From assembly GCA_002269645.1 (NCBI GenBank), contig NIVC01001672.1, forward strand, positions 181,428-245,427: a stretch of DNA of 64,000 bases. The letters are read 5' to 3'. Source of the stretch: Macrostomum lignano (lineage: Eukaryota). The position numbers were made by a program, and so were the translations under genes. The notes under the pieces were generated by a model that made no database searches, was not told where the DNA came from, and was given only the letters and a program-made list of their open reading frames with translations. Each line of letters opens with the position of its first letter. Positions within the stretch are counted from its first letter, which is position 1. This document shows positions 63,301-64,000 of the stretch, in pieces.

Positions 63301-64000
63301 AGAGACACTACGGTCGCAAGTGGCGCTGGTACTACACCCGAGTGGTCTACCGTCGACGCTACGGTCGCAAGTGGCGCGTGCACTTTAGGAAGTGGCTGAA
63401 GAGAGTGTGGAAGAAGCCGTCACCGAAGCGTCGCGTCCTGCACAAGGTCACCTGGTACAAGAGACACTACGGTCGCAAGTGGCGCTGGTACTACACCCGA
63501 GTGGTCTACCGTCGACGCTACGGTCGCAAGTGGCGCGTGCACTTTAGGAAGTGGCTGAAGAGAGTGTGGAAGAAGCCGTCACCGAAGCGTCGCGTCCTGC
63601 ACAAGGTCACCTGGTACAAGAGACACTACGGTCGCAAGTGGCGCTGGTACTACACCCGAGTGGTCTACCGTCGACGCTACGGTCGCAAGTGGCGCGTGCA
63701 CTTTAGGAAGTGGCTGAAGCGAGTGTGGAAGAAGCCGTCACCGAAGCGTCGCGTCCTGCACAAGGTCACCTGGTACAAGAGACACTACGGTCGCAAGTGG
63801 CGCTGGTACTACACCGAGTGGTCTACCGTCGACGCTACGGTCGCAAGTGGCGCGTGCACTTTAGGAAGTGGCTGAAGAGAGTGTGGAAGAAGCCGTCACC
63901 GAAGCGTCGCGTCCTGCACAAGGTCACCTGGTACAAGAGACACTACGGTCGCAAGTGGCGCTGGTACTACACCCGAGTGGTCTACCGTCGACGCTACGGT
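51399..64000 (+). CDS. Uncharacterised giant secreted protein: signal peptide, Ser/Thr-rich linker, degenerate VWA domain, two ~194-aa Lys/aromatic repeats and at least 23 53-aa Arg/Lys/Trp/Tyr repeats (runs off the window)
   Basis: Phase-consistent exons 51399-51419, 55118-55323, 56017-56239, 57182-57447, 58660-58754 and 58838 to beyond 64000. N-terminus MRLGGIAPLYATAVLLLIVALAPTATA-KRE. VWA-like strands SLVLAID, IKIGFVEYTD and PRIVMLLSSG. Single-base frameshifts at 60240, ~62068, ~62544, ~62702 and ~63814 must be corrected to read through. Confidence 0.8.
51765..55050. repeat. ~3.3-kb tandem array, ~23-bp unit GCCAACCTCAGAGATATGGGAGC with 21-25 bp variants, filling most of intron 1
   Basis: Period 23 (51821 to 51844); lies between donor 51420 and acceptor 55117. 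Confidence 0.97.
55516..55729 (-). mobile_element. tRNA-derived SINE, copy 2 (5'-shortened)
   Basis: Near-identical to 19252-19478 (CTGAAGGCTGCGTACGGCTGTTCAGT...GAGAATCGAAC...CTTTCAGTCGTGA). Confidence 0.75.
56255..57010. repeat. 31/32-bp minisatellite (GAACCCGGTACCTGACCYTGACAMCC...CT), C-rich on +
   Basis: Periods of 31-32 bp measured; fills intron 3 of the secreted-protein gene. Confidence 0.95.
57452..58227. repeat. 32-bp minisatellite (CAGCTACCGGGTTCGGGGTAGGGTGTCAGGGT), reverse-complement relative of the 56255-57010 array
   Basis: Its reverse complement ACCCTGACACCCTACCCCGAACCCGGTAGCTG matches ACCCTGACACCCTGTCCTGAACCCGGTACCTG of the upstream array. Confidence 0.95.
60281..64000 (+). repeat. 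Coding tandem array, 159-bp unit (53 aa), about 23 near-identical copies
   Basis: Period 159 (60363, 60522, 60681); the unit encodes HKVTWYKRHYGRKWRWYYTRVVYRRRYGRKWRVHFRKWLKRVWKKPSPKRRVL. Confidence 0.97.

Noticed and set aside
58838-64000. Identity with the known Macrostomum adhesive proteins or with a protamine
   Set aside because: As I recall them, those adhesives carry Cys-rich vWD/C8/TIL/EGF or lectin domains and Gly-Arg-Lys or Thr-rich repeats; none is visible here and the repeat is Trp/Tyr-rich. The signal peptide argues against a protamine. A database search is needed to settle this.

Overview
Repeat-rich eukaryotic (metazoan) genomic DNA with GT-AG spliced genes. GC3/Ala-rich exons in AT-rich, minisatellite-laden introns resemble a Macrostomum-type flatworm assembly (inference only). 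Four + strand genes can be rebuilt with phase-consistent splice sites: (1) the last three coding exons of a non-muscle myosin II heavy chain (228-10990); (2) a two-exon DEG/ENaC channel with altered HG and GxS motifs (17948-20976); (3) a seven-exon lethal giant larvae (Lgl) gene with a large Lys/Glu insert (36258-45474); (4) an unrecognised giant secreted protein (51399 to beyond 64000) with a signal peptide, a degenerate VWA domain, two diverged ~194-aa K/W/Y/F-rich repeats and ~23 near-perfect 53-aa Arg/Lys/Trp/Tyr repeats. There is also an orphan USP-type protease exon on the - strand. Mobile DNA includes an internally deleted gypsy element with both LTRs and a TSD, an RNase-H-bearing LINE 3' end, two tRNA-derived SINE copies, hAT and mariner relics, several non-autonomous TIR elements and at least eight tandem arrays. 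The two most striking observations are the cation/aromatic repeat protein and a 278-bp TIR element (9-bp TSD) carrying a copy of the 28S rRNA R2/I-PpoI target region that is altered at the cleavage site.
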